From assembly GCF_965262435.1 (NCBI RefSeq), contig NZ_OZ253537.1, positions 825,332 to 889,331 on the forward strand: a DNA stretch of 64,000 bases, written 5' to 3'. The translations under genes and the position numbers were made by a program. Shown piece by piece: positions 29,884 through 41,800 of the stretch. The notes beneath the pieces were generated by a model that saw only the letters and a list, made by a program, of their open reading frames with translations, had not been told where the DNA came from and made no database searches. Within the stretch, counting starts at the first letter, position 1. Each line of letters opens with the position of its first letter. This stretch comes from Roseateles sp. (GTDB lineage: Bacteria > Pseudomonadota > Gammaproteobacteria > Burkholderiales > Burkholderiaceae_C).

Positions 29884-31596
29884 CTAGTTCTGCACGCCCA
29901 GTTTCTTGTTGATGTACCACTGCTGGGCGATCGACAGGATGTTGTTCACCAGCCAGTACAGCACCAGGCCCGAGGGGAAGATGAAGAACATGAAGCTGAA
30001 GGCCAGCGGCATGATCCACATCATCTTGGCCTGCATCGGGTCCGGCGGCGTCGGGTTCAGCCAGACCTGGAACAGGCTGGAGGCCGTCATCAGCAGGGGC
30101 AGGATGAAGTAGGGGTCCTTGACCGACAGGTCGGTGATCCAGCCCAGCCAGGGCGCGCCACGCATTTCCACGGTGGACAGCAGCACCCAGTACAGGCCCA
30201 TGAAGAAAGGCATCTGCAAGAAGATGGGCAGGCAACCGCCGATGGGGTTGACCTTCTCCTCGCGGTAGATCTTCATCATCTCCTGCTGCATCTGCTGCGG
30301 CTTGTCCTTCAGGCGCTCGCGCATTTCCTGAATCTTGGGGCCGACGGCCTTCATCTTCGCCATGCTCTTGTAGGCGCTGGCGTTCAGCCAGTAGAAGGCG
30401 ATCTTCAGCAGCACGACCAGGGCGATGATGGCCCAGCCCCAGTTGCCCAGGATGGAGTGCAGCTTTTCCAGCAGCCAGAACAGAGGCTTGGCCAGGATGG
30501 CGAAGATGCCGTAGTCCTTCACCAGCTCCAGGCCCGGGGCCAGAGCGGCGAGCTTGTTTTCTTCCTGCGGGCCAACGAAGAGCTGGTCCACCTTGGTGGC
30601 GGTGGCGCCCGGAGCCAGCTGGGGCAGGGTGAAGACCATGCCGACGGCGAACTGCTCGGGCGCGGCACCCTTGATCTTGTTGACGAAGAACTCGCGCGGC
30701 GCGGCATCGGTGTGCAGCCAGGCGCTGGCGAAGTAATGCTGGACCATGGCCACCCAACCGTCGTTGGCGGTCTTGTCGTGCTCGGCCTTGCCCTTGGCCA
30801 GGTCGCTGAACTCGAACTTCTGGAACTTGTTCTTGTCGGTGTAGATGGCCGGGCCGGTGAAGGTGCCGGTGAAGGCCGTACCGCCGGGGCCTGCCACGCC
30901 GTCACGCACCAGCTGCACATAGACCTGCGGGGTCAGGGCGGCTGCGCCCTTGTTGATGACCTCGTGCTTGACGCCGATGACATAGTCGCCGCGCTTGAAG
31001 CTGTAGGTCTTCACATAAACCACGCCGCCGACTTCGGCCGACTCCAGGCGCACCAGCAGCTCATTGGCGCCATCGGCCAGCTTGCGCTCGGGCGTGGTCA
31101 CCGTCATCAGCGTGTTGTGCGTGGGCAGCTGTTCGCCGCGCGTGCCGACCAGGCCTGTCTGGGCCTTGTAGCTTTGCGCGGCCGCGTCCATCAGCACGAT
31201 GGGCTTGGGCTCGACCTTGGGCTTTTCCTTCAGGCCCACGGCTTGCAGCAGCGGGTCGAACAGGCCGGGCTCGGGCGAAGCCAGGTACTTGGGCAGCTCG
31301 ACATGGGTGACATCACCGCCCTGGGTGTCCAGGGTGATGGTCATGACATCGGTGCTGATGTTCAGCTTCTCGCTGCGGGCGGCGACGGGCGCACCCGGCA
31401 CGGCCGTGGCGCCAGCGGCCAGGCCCGCGGCAGCGGGCACACCCGGCTGCGCGGCCGAACCGGCGGCGGCCACCGGCTTGGCGGCCGGCGGGCTGAACAT
31501 CGACGGATGTCCGTTGTGCTTTTGCCAGCCGTCCCAGAGCAGGACGAGGGACATGGTGAACACCACCCACAGGACGGTGCGGCGAATATCAGTCAT
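29884..31596 (-). CDS. yidC: membrane protein insertase YidC
   Basis: 'MTDIRRTVLW', 'GNWGWAIIALV', 'NP.GGCLP', 'GLVLYW..NN.LSI.QQ'. Confidence 0.97.
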   Translation of the reverse strand: MTDIRRTVLWVVFTMSLVLLWDGWQKHNGHPSMFSPPAAKPVAAAGSAAQPGVPAAAGLAAGATAVPGAPVAARSEKLNISTDVMTITLDTQGGDVTHVELPKYLASPEPGLFDPLLQAVGLKEKPKVEPKPIVLMDAAAQSYKAQTGLVGTRGEQLPTHNTLMTVTTPERKLADGANELLVRLESAEVGGVVYVKTYSFKRGDYVIGVKHEVINKGAAALTPQVYVQLVRDGVAGPGGTAFTGTFTGPAIYTDKNKFQKFEFSDLAKGKAEHDKTANDGWVAMVQHYFASAWLHTDAAPREFFVNKIKGAAPEQFAVGMVFTLPQLAPGATATKVDQLFVGPQEENKLAALAPGLELVKDYGIFAILAKPLFWLLEKLHSILGNWGWAIIALVVLLKIAFYWLNASAYKSMAKMKAVGPKIQEMRERLKDKPQQMQQEMMKIYREEKVNPIGGCLPIFLQMPFFMGLYWVLLSTVEMRGAPWLGWITDLSVKDPYFILPLLMTASSLFQVWLNPTPPDPMQAKMMWIMPLAFSFMFFIFPSGLVLYWLVNNILSIAQQWYINKKLGVQN

Positions 31597-31925
31597 GAGG
31601 AGGCTTCTGATTGGGTGGAATTGCGGGAGGGAGAAGAGGCATTCGGCGCGCACAGCCCGAGTCGGCTGAACAGCGCAGGCGGATTGTCAGGCACAGCGTC
31701 ATGGCCGCCGGCACACAAAGGGTGGCAGCGCAACAGACGGTGCACGGTCAGATAGCTGCCGGCGGCGGCGCCATGGCGCTGCAAGGCCTCGATCGAGTAG
31801 ACCGAACAAGTCGGCTCGAAACGGCAGGCGCTGCCCAGCCAGGGGCTCAGCAGCAGGCGGTAGCCACGCACCAGGCCGACCAAAGCGCGCTGCGCAATCG
31901 AAGGGGCGGCGGGGTCGTGGGCCAT
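31593..31925 (-). CDS. yidD: membrane protein insertion efficiency factor
   Basis: 'CRFEPTCS.Y..EAL..HG', 'RLLRCHP.C.GG.D'. Confidence 0.95.
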   Translation of the reverse strand: MAHDPAAPSIAQRALVGLVRGYRLLLSPWLGSACRFEPTCSVYSIEALQRHGAAAGSYLTVHRLLRCHPLCAGGHDAVPDNPPALFSRLGLCAPNASSPSRNSTQSEASS

Positions 31926-31952
31926 GGCGGCTGGCAGGAATGCGGCAGCCGC

Positions 31953-32414
31953 TCAGGGCTGAGCCGGCGTGTTGCGTGGCAACAGGCGGTTCAGCAACTG
32001 GGCGAGTTCGGCGTGCGCAGCAGCACGCAGCGCATCGGAGGCGGCGCTGGGGAACTGCTTGCGATCAAAAGGCGTGCGCAAACGCACCACCCACAGACCC
32101 GGCGGCAAAAGCGGCTGGTCGGCAAAGGCGGCGCGGATTTGGCGCTTCAGCAGGGAGCGCGTGACGGAGCGGCGGGCATGGCGTTTGGGCACGATGACCC
32201 CCAACCACTGGCCGTCCGGCAGTGCTTCATCCACAGGGCTGTGGGCTTCTTGTGCATCGCCTGTTGATAACTTACCTGCAGCGGTGGATAAGACCTTGGC
32301 AGGCAGGCTCGGCGAGGCCGACAGATGGTGCACGGCGAAGTGACTGCTGCGCACGCGGCTGGGGCGACCCAGCACGCGTTCAAAGTCGGCCGATCGCACG
32401 ATGCGGCCGATCAT
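31953..32414 (-). CDS. rnpA: ribonuclease P protein component, with an internal insertion
   Basis: 'DFERVL', 'WLGVIVPKR.ARRSVTR.LLKRQIR'; canonical position between rpmH and yidD. Confidence 0.93.
   Translation of the reverse strand: MIGRIVRSADFERVLGRPSRVRSSHFAVHHLSASPSLPAKVLSTAAGKLSTGDAQEAHSPVDEALPDGQWLGVIVPKRHARRSVTRSLLKRQIRAAFADQPLLPPGLWVVRLRTPFDRKQFPSAASDALRAAAHAELAQLLNRLLPRNTPAQP
32227..32291. promoter_or_regulatory. cluster of DnaA-box-like 9-mers inside rnpA
   Basis: TCATCCACA (32227-35, +), TTATCAACA (32262-70, -) and TTATCCACC (32283-91, -), each 1 mismatch from TTATCCACA. Confidence 0.6.
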
Positions 32415-32437
32415 GATTCAGGAAGAAAGAACCTGAA

Positions 32438-32572
32438 TTAGACAGCCAGACGCTTGCGGCCCTTGGCGCGGCGCGCGGCGATGACGGCACGGCCACCGCG
32501 GGTCTTCATGCGGACCAGGAAGCCATGGGTGCGGGCGCGACGGGTCTTGGATGCTTGGTAAGTACGTTTCAT
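32438..32572 (-). CDS. rpmH: 50S ribosomal protein L34
   Basis: Translated by hand: [44 protein letters not shown] (44 aa, below the ORF-track cutoff). Confidence 0.98.
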   Translation of the reverse strand: MKRTYQASKTRRARTHGFLVRMKTRGGRAVIAARRAKGRKRLAV

Positions 32573-33067
32573 GATGGAGGCCTCTTGAGAAGGTCTAAGG
32601 TCGTCGGATGACGCTTTAGCTGTGGTTGGCGATCAATCGCCGGGTGCAAAACGAGTTGCGGATTGCACCTCAAGCGTCGGCTGGTTCAGGGCTGGTGCTC
32701 TGCAGGGCGATGGATCGCCCGGCGGTTTACAGCTCTTTCACCAACAGCCACTGATGTGTGCCGCGCCGGGGCGCCGCTCATGCGTTGGCAACATCGAAAC
32801 CCTGAGCCGTCAGCGGACCTGTGTACAAGTCGCGCCGCCGGTGGCAGAAATTCGATGCTGCGTTCATTGCCAAGTTCGGCCAAAGCCGAAGTCAGCCATT
32901 GTCGCAAGGATGATTGCCTGGCGCCGGGTATGGGCTCACGGTTTTCGGATCCGCTGCTTTGGCTGGCATTTATGCAATGCAGCTCGCCAAGGCAGCAGGC
33001 CCAAGGAATGTGCCCACCTGTGCACCAAACACCCGACCCAAGGTCCGCAGCGTCCGGAAAACCCGCG

Positions 33068-33096
33068 ATTACACCAAAGAATGCGGCCGCGGTCAA
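33068..33096 (-). promoter_or_regulatory. sigma70 promoter pointing toward rpmH
   Basis: Minus strand TTGACC-N17-TGTAAT. Confidence 0.7.
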
Positions 33097-33149
33097 TGCC
33101 CGGGCATTTGCTAGCGGGGTTTACCGGGGATTGACCGCGCCGAAAAATC

Positions 33150-33218
33150 TGTGGATAACCTTGGATCCGGCGGCCTTGAACCCGTACAATCTGGCCGCTC
33201 TAGAACAAGTTTTCCACA
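33150..33218 (+). promoter_or_regulatory. dnaA promoter region with DnaA boxes
   Basis: Perfect box TGTGGATAA at 33150-33158, TTTTCCACA at 33210-33218 abutting the ATG, and -10 TACAAT at 33185-33190. Confidence 0.8.
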
Positions 33219-34775
33219 ATGAGCGCAGACATGTTTGGCGCTGAGGGCATGAGCCCGCAGCCGGTGCCGGAGCAGGGCTTTGACCAGGGGTTCGACCTCT
33301 GGCAACGCGGCTGCGAGAGGCTGGCCGCCGAGTTGCCCGAGCAGCAATTCAACACCTGGATCCGCCCCTTGCCGCCCGCCGTGGTGGCCGATGGCGCGGG
33401 TGCCGAAGGCCTGGTCGTTTCCCTGCGGGTGCCCAACCGCTTCAAGCTGGACTGGATCCGCAACCAGTACGCCGGCCGCATCGAATCCATCCTCAGCGAA
33501 CTCGCCGGCAAGCCAGCCCGCCTGGAGCTGGCCCTGGCCGCCCGCGAACCGATGGCGCCCATGGGCCGCCCGGCCACCTTGAGCTCGCCGTCCAGCCCGG
33601 CCATCTCGGTCGGCCAGGTGCTGCACAACGGCCTGCGCCCGGTTTCTCACCCAGCCGACCCGCGCCCTGACTCCCGCAGCGCCGCGGCCGGCGCGTCGCC
33701 CGCCCAGGCTCAGCAGGTGGCCATGCCGGCTGCCAACCTGCCGCCGAGCGCCAGCCGCCACCGCATCAACAGCGCGCTGACCTTTGACAACCTCGTGCCC
33801 GGCCGCGCCAACCAGATGGCGCGCACCGCCGCCCTGCACGTGGCCGGTGCGCCCGGTGCCATGTACAACCCGCTGTTCATCTACGGCGGCGTCGGCCTGG
33901 GCAAGACCCACTTGATCCACGCCGTGGGCAATGCCTTGCTCAAGGACAAGCCCGATGCGCGCGTGCTGTATTTGCACGCCGAGCAGTTCATCTCCGACGT
34001 GGTGAAGAATTACCAGCGCAAGACTTTTGACGAGCTCAAGGCCAAGTACCACTCGCTCGACCTGCTGCTCATCGACGATGTGCAGTTCTTCGCCGGCAAG
34101 GAGCGCACGCAGGAGGAGTTCTTCAACGCCTTCGAGGCCCTGCTGGCCAAGCGCGCCCACATCATCATGACCAGCGACACCTACCCCAAGGGTCTGGCCG
34201 ATATCGATGAGCGCCTGACCAGCCGCTTCGACGCCGGCCTGACGGTGGCTATCGAGCCGCCCGAGCTGGAGATGCGCGTCGCCATCCTGATCAAGAAGGC
34301 GGAGGCTGAAGCCACGCCCATGCCCGAGGACGTGGCCTTCTTCATCGCCAAGAACGTGCGCGCCAATGTGCGCGAGCTGGAAGGTGCCCTGCGCAAGGTC
34401 TTGGCCTACAGCCGCTTCAGCCACAAGGAAATCAACATCCAGCTGGCGCGCGAGGCGCTGAAAGACCTGCTCTCGATCCAGAACCGGCAGATCTCGGTGG
34501 AGAACATCCAGAAGACCGTGGCCGATTTCTACAAGATCAAGATCGCCGACATGTACAGCAAGAAGCGCCCTGCCAGCATCGCCCGGCCGCGCCAGATTGC
34601 CATGTACCTGGCCAAGGAGCTCACGCAAAAGAGCCTTCCCGAGATCGGCGAGCTGTTCGGCGGCCGCGACCACACCACGGTGCTGCACGCCGTGCGCAAG
34701 ATCGGCGGCGAGCGTCAGAAGAACACCGAGCTGAACCAGCAGCTCCACGTGCTCGAGCAGACCTTGAAGGGTTGA
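33219..34775 (+). CDS. dnaA: chromosomal replication initiator DnaA
   Basis: 'FNTWIRPL', '[16 protein letters not shown]', 'LLLIDDVQF', 'RDHTTVLHA'. Confidence 0.99.
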   Translation: MSADMFGAEGMSPQPVPEQGFDQGFDLWQRGCERLAAELPEQQFNTWIRPLPPAVVADGAGAEGLVVSLRVPNRFKLDWIRNQYAGRIESILSELAGKPARLELALAAREPMAPMGRPATLSSPSSPAISVGQVLHNGLRPVSHPADPRPDSRSAAAGASPAQAQQVAMPAANLPPSASRHRINSALTFDNLVPGRANQMARTAALHVAGAPGAMYNPLFIYGGVGLGKTHLIHAVGNALLKDKPDARVLYLHAEQFISDVVKNYQRKTFDELKAKYHSLDLLLIDDVQFFAGKERTQEEFFNAFEALLAKRAHIIMTSDTYPKGLADIDERLTSRFDAGLTVAIEPPELEMRVAILIKKAEAEATPMPEDVAFFIAKNVRANVRELEGALRKVLAYSRFSHKEINIQLAREALKDLLSIQNRQISVENIQKTVADFYKIKIADMYSKKRPASIARPRQIAMYLAKELTQKSLPEIGELFGGRDHTTVLHAVRKIGGERQKNTELNQQLHVLEQTLKG

Positions 34776-35011
34776 AAAACCGCCGGGAGCAGCCAGCTCT
34801 TCAGGGCCCAGCCCCTCCCGGTGCGCTCACTGTGCAAAGACAGGGTTCCCACCCCCGGGAAACACCCCATTCCTGGGTCAAAATGCGGGTTGTTTCCGCG
34901 CGCGCGGTCTGAATGAAGCGTGCCCGTGGACTTGGGTTTGATCTCAGCGCCGCTGAACAGACCGACGTACGAACAAATAAGCAAGCAAACAAGCGACAGA
35001 GCGAGGTTGAC

Positions 35012-36148
35012 ATGATTGTGTTGAAAGCCACCCAGGACAAGGTGCTGAGCGCCCTGCAGGCGGTCGCCGGCATTGTGGAGCGGCGCCACACCCTGCCCAT
35101 CCTCGCCAATGTGCTGATCCGCAAGACCGGCGGCCAGCTGGAGCTGACCACCTCCGACCTGGAAATCCAGGTCCGCACCTCGGCCGAACTCGGCGGCGAC
35201 GCCGGCGACTTCAGCACCACGGTCGGCGCCCGCAAGCTGATCGACATCCTGCGCTCCATGCCAGCGGACCAGACTGTCTCGCTGACGGCCAACGGCTCCA
35301 AGCTGACCCTGCAAGGCGGCAAAAGCCGCTTCACCCTGCAGACCCTGCCGTCCGACGACTTCCCCCTGGTCCAGGAAGCGGCTGACTTCGGCCCCGCCTT
35401 TGCCGTGCCGCAGAAGACCCTCAAGCACCTGATCAACCAGGTGCACTTCTCCATGGCCGTGCATGACATCCGTTACTACCTGAACGGCATCCTGTTCGTC
35501 GCCGAAGGCAAGAACCTGACCCTGGTCGCAACCGACGGCCACCGCCTCGCCCTGGCCCAGGCCGAGCTGGAAACGGAAATCCCCAAGCAAGAAGTCATCC
35601 TGCCGCGCAAGACCGTGCTGGAGCTGATGCGCTTGCTGAAAGACGGCGCCAAGGCCGACAAGGGTGGCGAGGGCGAAGAGGCTCCCATCGAAATGCGCTT
35701 CGCCGGCAACCAGGCCAAGTTCAGCTTCTCGGGCATGGAGTTCGTGACCAAGCTGGTCGAGGGCAAGTTCCCCGACTACAACCGCGTCATCCCCAAGAAC
35801 CACAAGTTCAACGTCACCCTGGGTCGCCTGCAATTGCTGTCCAGCCTGCAGCGCGCCGCCATCCTGACCAGCGAGAAGTTCAAGGCTGTGCGCCTGTCCT
35901 TCGAGCCGGGCCTGCTGAGCATCGCCTCCAGCAACGCCGAGCAAGAGGAAGCCAAGGAAGAAATCGAAATCGATTACGGCGGCGACCTGATCGAAACCGG
36001 CTTCAACGTGACCTACCTGATGGACGCGCTGCAGAACATGAGCCAAGACATGGTCAGCATCGACCTGAACGACAGCTCCGCCAGCGCCCTGATCACCATC
36101 CCCGAGCAGAGCGGCTTCAAGTACGTCGTGATGCCCATGCGGATCTAG
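35012..36148 (+). CDS. dnaN: DNA polymerase III beta clamp
   Basis: 'VERRHTLPILANVL', 'DIRYYLNG', 'ATDGHRLA', 'YVVMPMRI'; ATG 35012 with GAGG RBS. Confidence 0.98.
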   Translation: MIVLKATQDKVLSALQAVAGIVERRHTLPILANVLIRKTGGQLELTTSDLEIQVRTSAELGGDAGDFSTTVGARKLIDILRSMPADQTVSLTANGSKLTLQGGKSRFTLQTLPSDDFPLVQEAADFGPAFAVPQKTLKHLINQVHFSMAVHDIRYYLNGILFVAEGKNLTLVATDGHRLALAQAELETEIPKQEVILPRKTVLELMRLLKDGAKADKGGEGEEAPIEMRFAGNQAKFSFSGMEFVTKLVEGKFPDYNRVIPKNHKFNVTLGRLQLLSSLQRAAILTSEKFKAVRLSFEPGLLSIASSNAEQEEAKEEIEIDYGGDLIETGFNVTYLMDALQNMSQDMVSIDLNDSSASALITIPEQSGFKYVVMPMRI

Positions 36149-36240
36149 GCCACAGCAAGAAAACCAACAGCGGGCGTGGGCTTCAGAAGCCCAGCCCGCT
36201 TCAGTGCTTTTAAGGGGCGGTATTTTTGCCCCGTGAGTGA

Positions 36241-38808
<2,568 letters not shown>

Positions 38809-38831
38809 GCTGCCTGTCCAAGCGAGATGGG

Positions 38832-38855
38832 TTGCGGTGCGGCCATGCACCGCAA
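38832..38855. terminator. hairpin between convergent gyrB and the island fusion gene
   Basis: ttgcggtgc-ggccat-gcaccgcaa, 9-bp stem, no clear U-run. Confidence 0.45.
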
Positions 38856-38877
38856 GCTGACTGGTCACCTCATTTCG

Positions 38878-41800
38878 TCAGGGCAGTTCAAAAACCACGC
38901 TCATAGGCCCACTGCTCTCGTGTGACTGGTACCGTACTCGACCGTGGTAGACAAACGGCGCCGCTTTGCCACCTGCCAATTTGCCATCTCTGACGAACAA
39001 GTGAATGGCAATGCTTTTGGCTTCGTGATGAATGATTTCCTGCCCGCGCTTGCTTTCAGGCGTTGTTGAGTTCTGACTTTGCCAATGGAATCGCTCATCA
39101 CTGATCCAGTGGTCCAGGTACTTGTGTTCCTCAGCCTTGCCCTGCTTGTTCAAGGTCACCAGCAGGACATGTGCCTTGAGGTCATTCAACACGACATGTC
39201 CAACGTTCCATATGCCAGGATTGAACGCAACTCCAAATAGGGGTGGAATCTGCTCGCGCTGGAACGATTGACCTACTGCAAGGTCGAGTGGATCTAACAC
39301 GTTGCGCAATCTCGCCAGCGTGCGCATGTCATCGGTTGCGACCATGTCTCCATACTCGGGATTGTTGGCCCTGAGCACGTATTGACCGTTGCCATCCTTC
39401 AGGACAACACGCAGCAGATACTGACTATCCCCGCTATCGTCCTGGCGTTCGATGGCGACGATATGTCCAGTTATGGATCCAGCTCGTTGAGGGCTGATGA
39501 GTTCTAGAAGCAGGAAATCGCCATCGTGAACGGGCTGCTTGCCGCCGTCCATAGAGTTGCCGTTAGCCCTTGCAATGAAGTGGCGGGCTGGGTCCAACGC
39601 ACCGTAGGCTGCTGGAAGTACGCGATGCTCTTCAACGTCAGTGCGCCCCGTCTTGAAGTGCCCGCAGGCAATCCTGAGATTGGGAAAGTAAGGCAACTCC
39701 ACCACATTGCCTTTACGGCCATGGAAAGGCAGCACGTTGTCCGGCCTAACTTCTGCTGCACGGCGAACTTCATATGCTGCAAGGCGGAAGTTCACAAGCT
39801 CCTGCAACATGCTGGATACAGCAGAAACCAACAAGGTCGGCACTGGCTTCCTGAGAGCGAACTGATCATTGATCAGATGGAAGTGTGTCGGCACATCTGA
39901 AGGCCGATTGCCTCCAACCCAGGCGTTGACTGGGTTGTCACGCCAGTAGCGGGCCCACCCAGCAGAAGCCGCAGACAAGGCGCGCGTTTCGGCGCTCAGA
40001 TCAAGCAACAGAGGACGGCGCCGGTCCATAACGTCCCGCGACCGCGCCGATAGCATCTGGAGTGAGACCGGCTCCTCTAGTCCGTTGAGCTCTAGCAGCG
40101 CCTCTAGCAAAACCATTTTGAAGCACTTTGTCATCTGCGTAATCTCAACGTCACGCAGCAAGGCGCTGAATTGCTGCGCAGCAGCTTCTTCCTCTGGGCC
40201 CAGGTCTTCCATGGACCGCACTAGCTCAAACCAGTGACCTTCCTGATTGCGCATTGCTTGGATACTGATGCCAGACCGGTAGAACTCACTGAGTGTTGGT
40301 CGGCGGCCTAACGCGCTGCGTAGTGCTTCGTAGTCTTTTCTCGGGCCGGTGCTGTCGAGGGCCTTCAGGAAGTCAATGATGATCAGGTCGTAATTGACAT
40401 AGCAGCCCTCTGGCAAAGTCAATGTTCCTTGTTCAACACTACGAGCGAACCTCGCCAGCGCTTGGTAGCTGCTACCCACCTCGAACAGCGCCTGTGGTTT
40501 TCGCAAGAAGCTGTGGTGATTGCCGATGAAGTCGAGCACTACTAGATGTGTCTTCGCATCATGACGGCGCAACCCACGCCCAAGCTGTTGCAGAAACATA
40601 ATCTTGGATTCAGTGGGCCGAAGCATCATGACAGTGTCAATGCTCGGTAGGTCTACGCCTTCATTGAAGAGGTCCACTGAAAATAGCACCTGTACCGTTC
40701 CTGCATCTAGCATTTCAAGCGCTTGGGTTCGGCCTACTGCAGAGCCGGAATACACCGCAGCAGCGGCCACTCCCGCCAAACTGAACTGTTCAGCCATGAA
40801 ATCGGCGTGCCGCGTGGAAACGCAGAACGCCAAGGTGCGACGCTGCGCCCGAGCGCGCCACTCCCGTAGCACATGGCGAGCGCGCGCCAACGTCGCAAGC
40901 CTGTGAGACAACTGCTCTGGGTCGAACCGGCCATTTCGCCAAGGTACCTCAGAGTAGTTCACGGATTCGTCAGCGATGCCAAAGTAGTGAAACGGCGCGA
41001 GCAGCCGTGCCTCGATGCCTTCGAAGAGGTGGCAGGAGTAGACAAGGTTGTCATCACACAGCGACAAGATATCCGACTGGTCGGTTCGATCTGGCGTGGC
41101 GGTAAGACCCAGCATGAACCCAGGCGCGAAGTGACTCAGCAAGCGCCGATATGTGTCGGCAGCTGCGTGGTGAAACTCGTCAATTACCACATAGTCGAAG
41201 TGCTGCGGTGAAAAGCGCTGCAGATGCTCGGCTTTGGCTAAGGTCTGCACAGACGCGCAAAGTACGTCTACTTCAGCATCCCGGTTGCGGCCCGTGTAGT
41301 AACCCACTCGCTTGGACGGCAAAATCCGAATGAAGGTCGCTGCAGCCTGCCCTAGGATTTCTTCCCGGTGCGCCACGAAAAGAATGCGCCTGGCCCCGAC
41401 GCGCACCGCGTCAAAGGCCGCGAGCCATGTCTTGCCTAGGCCCGTGGCCAGAACGACCAGCCCTCGCCTGAAACCTTCATTTCGGCTCAAGTCCAATTCA
41501 GCAAGTGCTGCATTCTGGATGGCAGTGGGTTCAGGCGGGTCTTCCTGTTCGTGGCTTCCGGGTGCGACAGCACGAGAAGGCGGTAGGCGCCTTCTCTCAT
41601 AGGCCTCGATCCACGCGTCCGTAAGTGCCACGCAGTTTGGCAGCGCGAACAAATTTTCGAACCCCTGGCTAGCCTCCAGGAATCCTTGGTCGCTAGGGAA
41701 GACGACTCGGTAGTTCCACTCCAGACCATTTTGAAGTGCCTGCCTGCTGATATTGCTCGATCCAATAAATGCAGTGCCGGCAACAAGTCGGCCGGCTTCG

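Noticed and set aside
32686-33096. 136-aa minus-strand ORF in the rpmH-dnaA gap
   Set aside because: Its TTG start is the -35 hexamer of the promoter, so it could not be on that transcript; no RBS or recognisable motifs.
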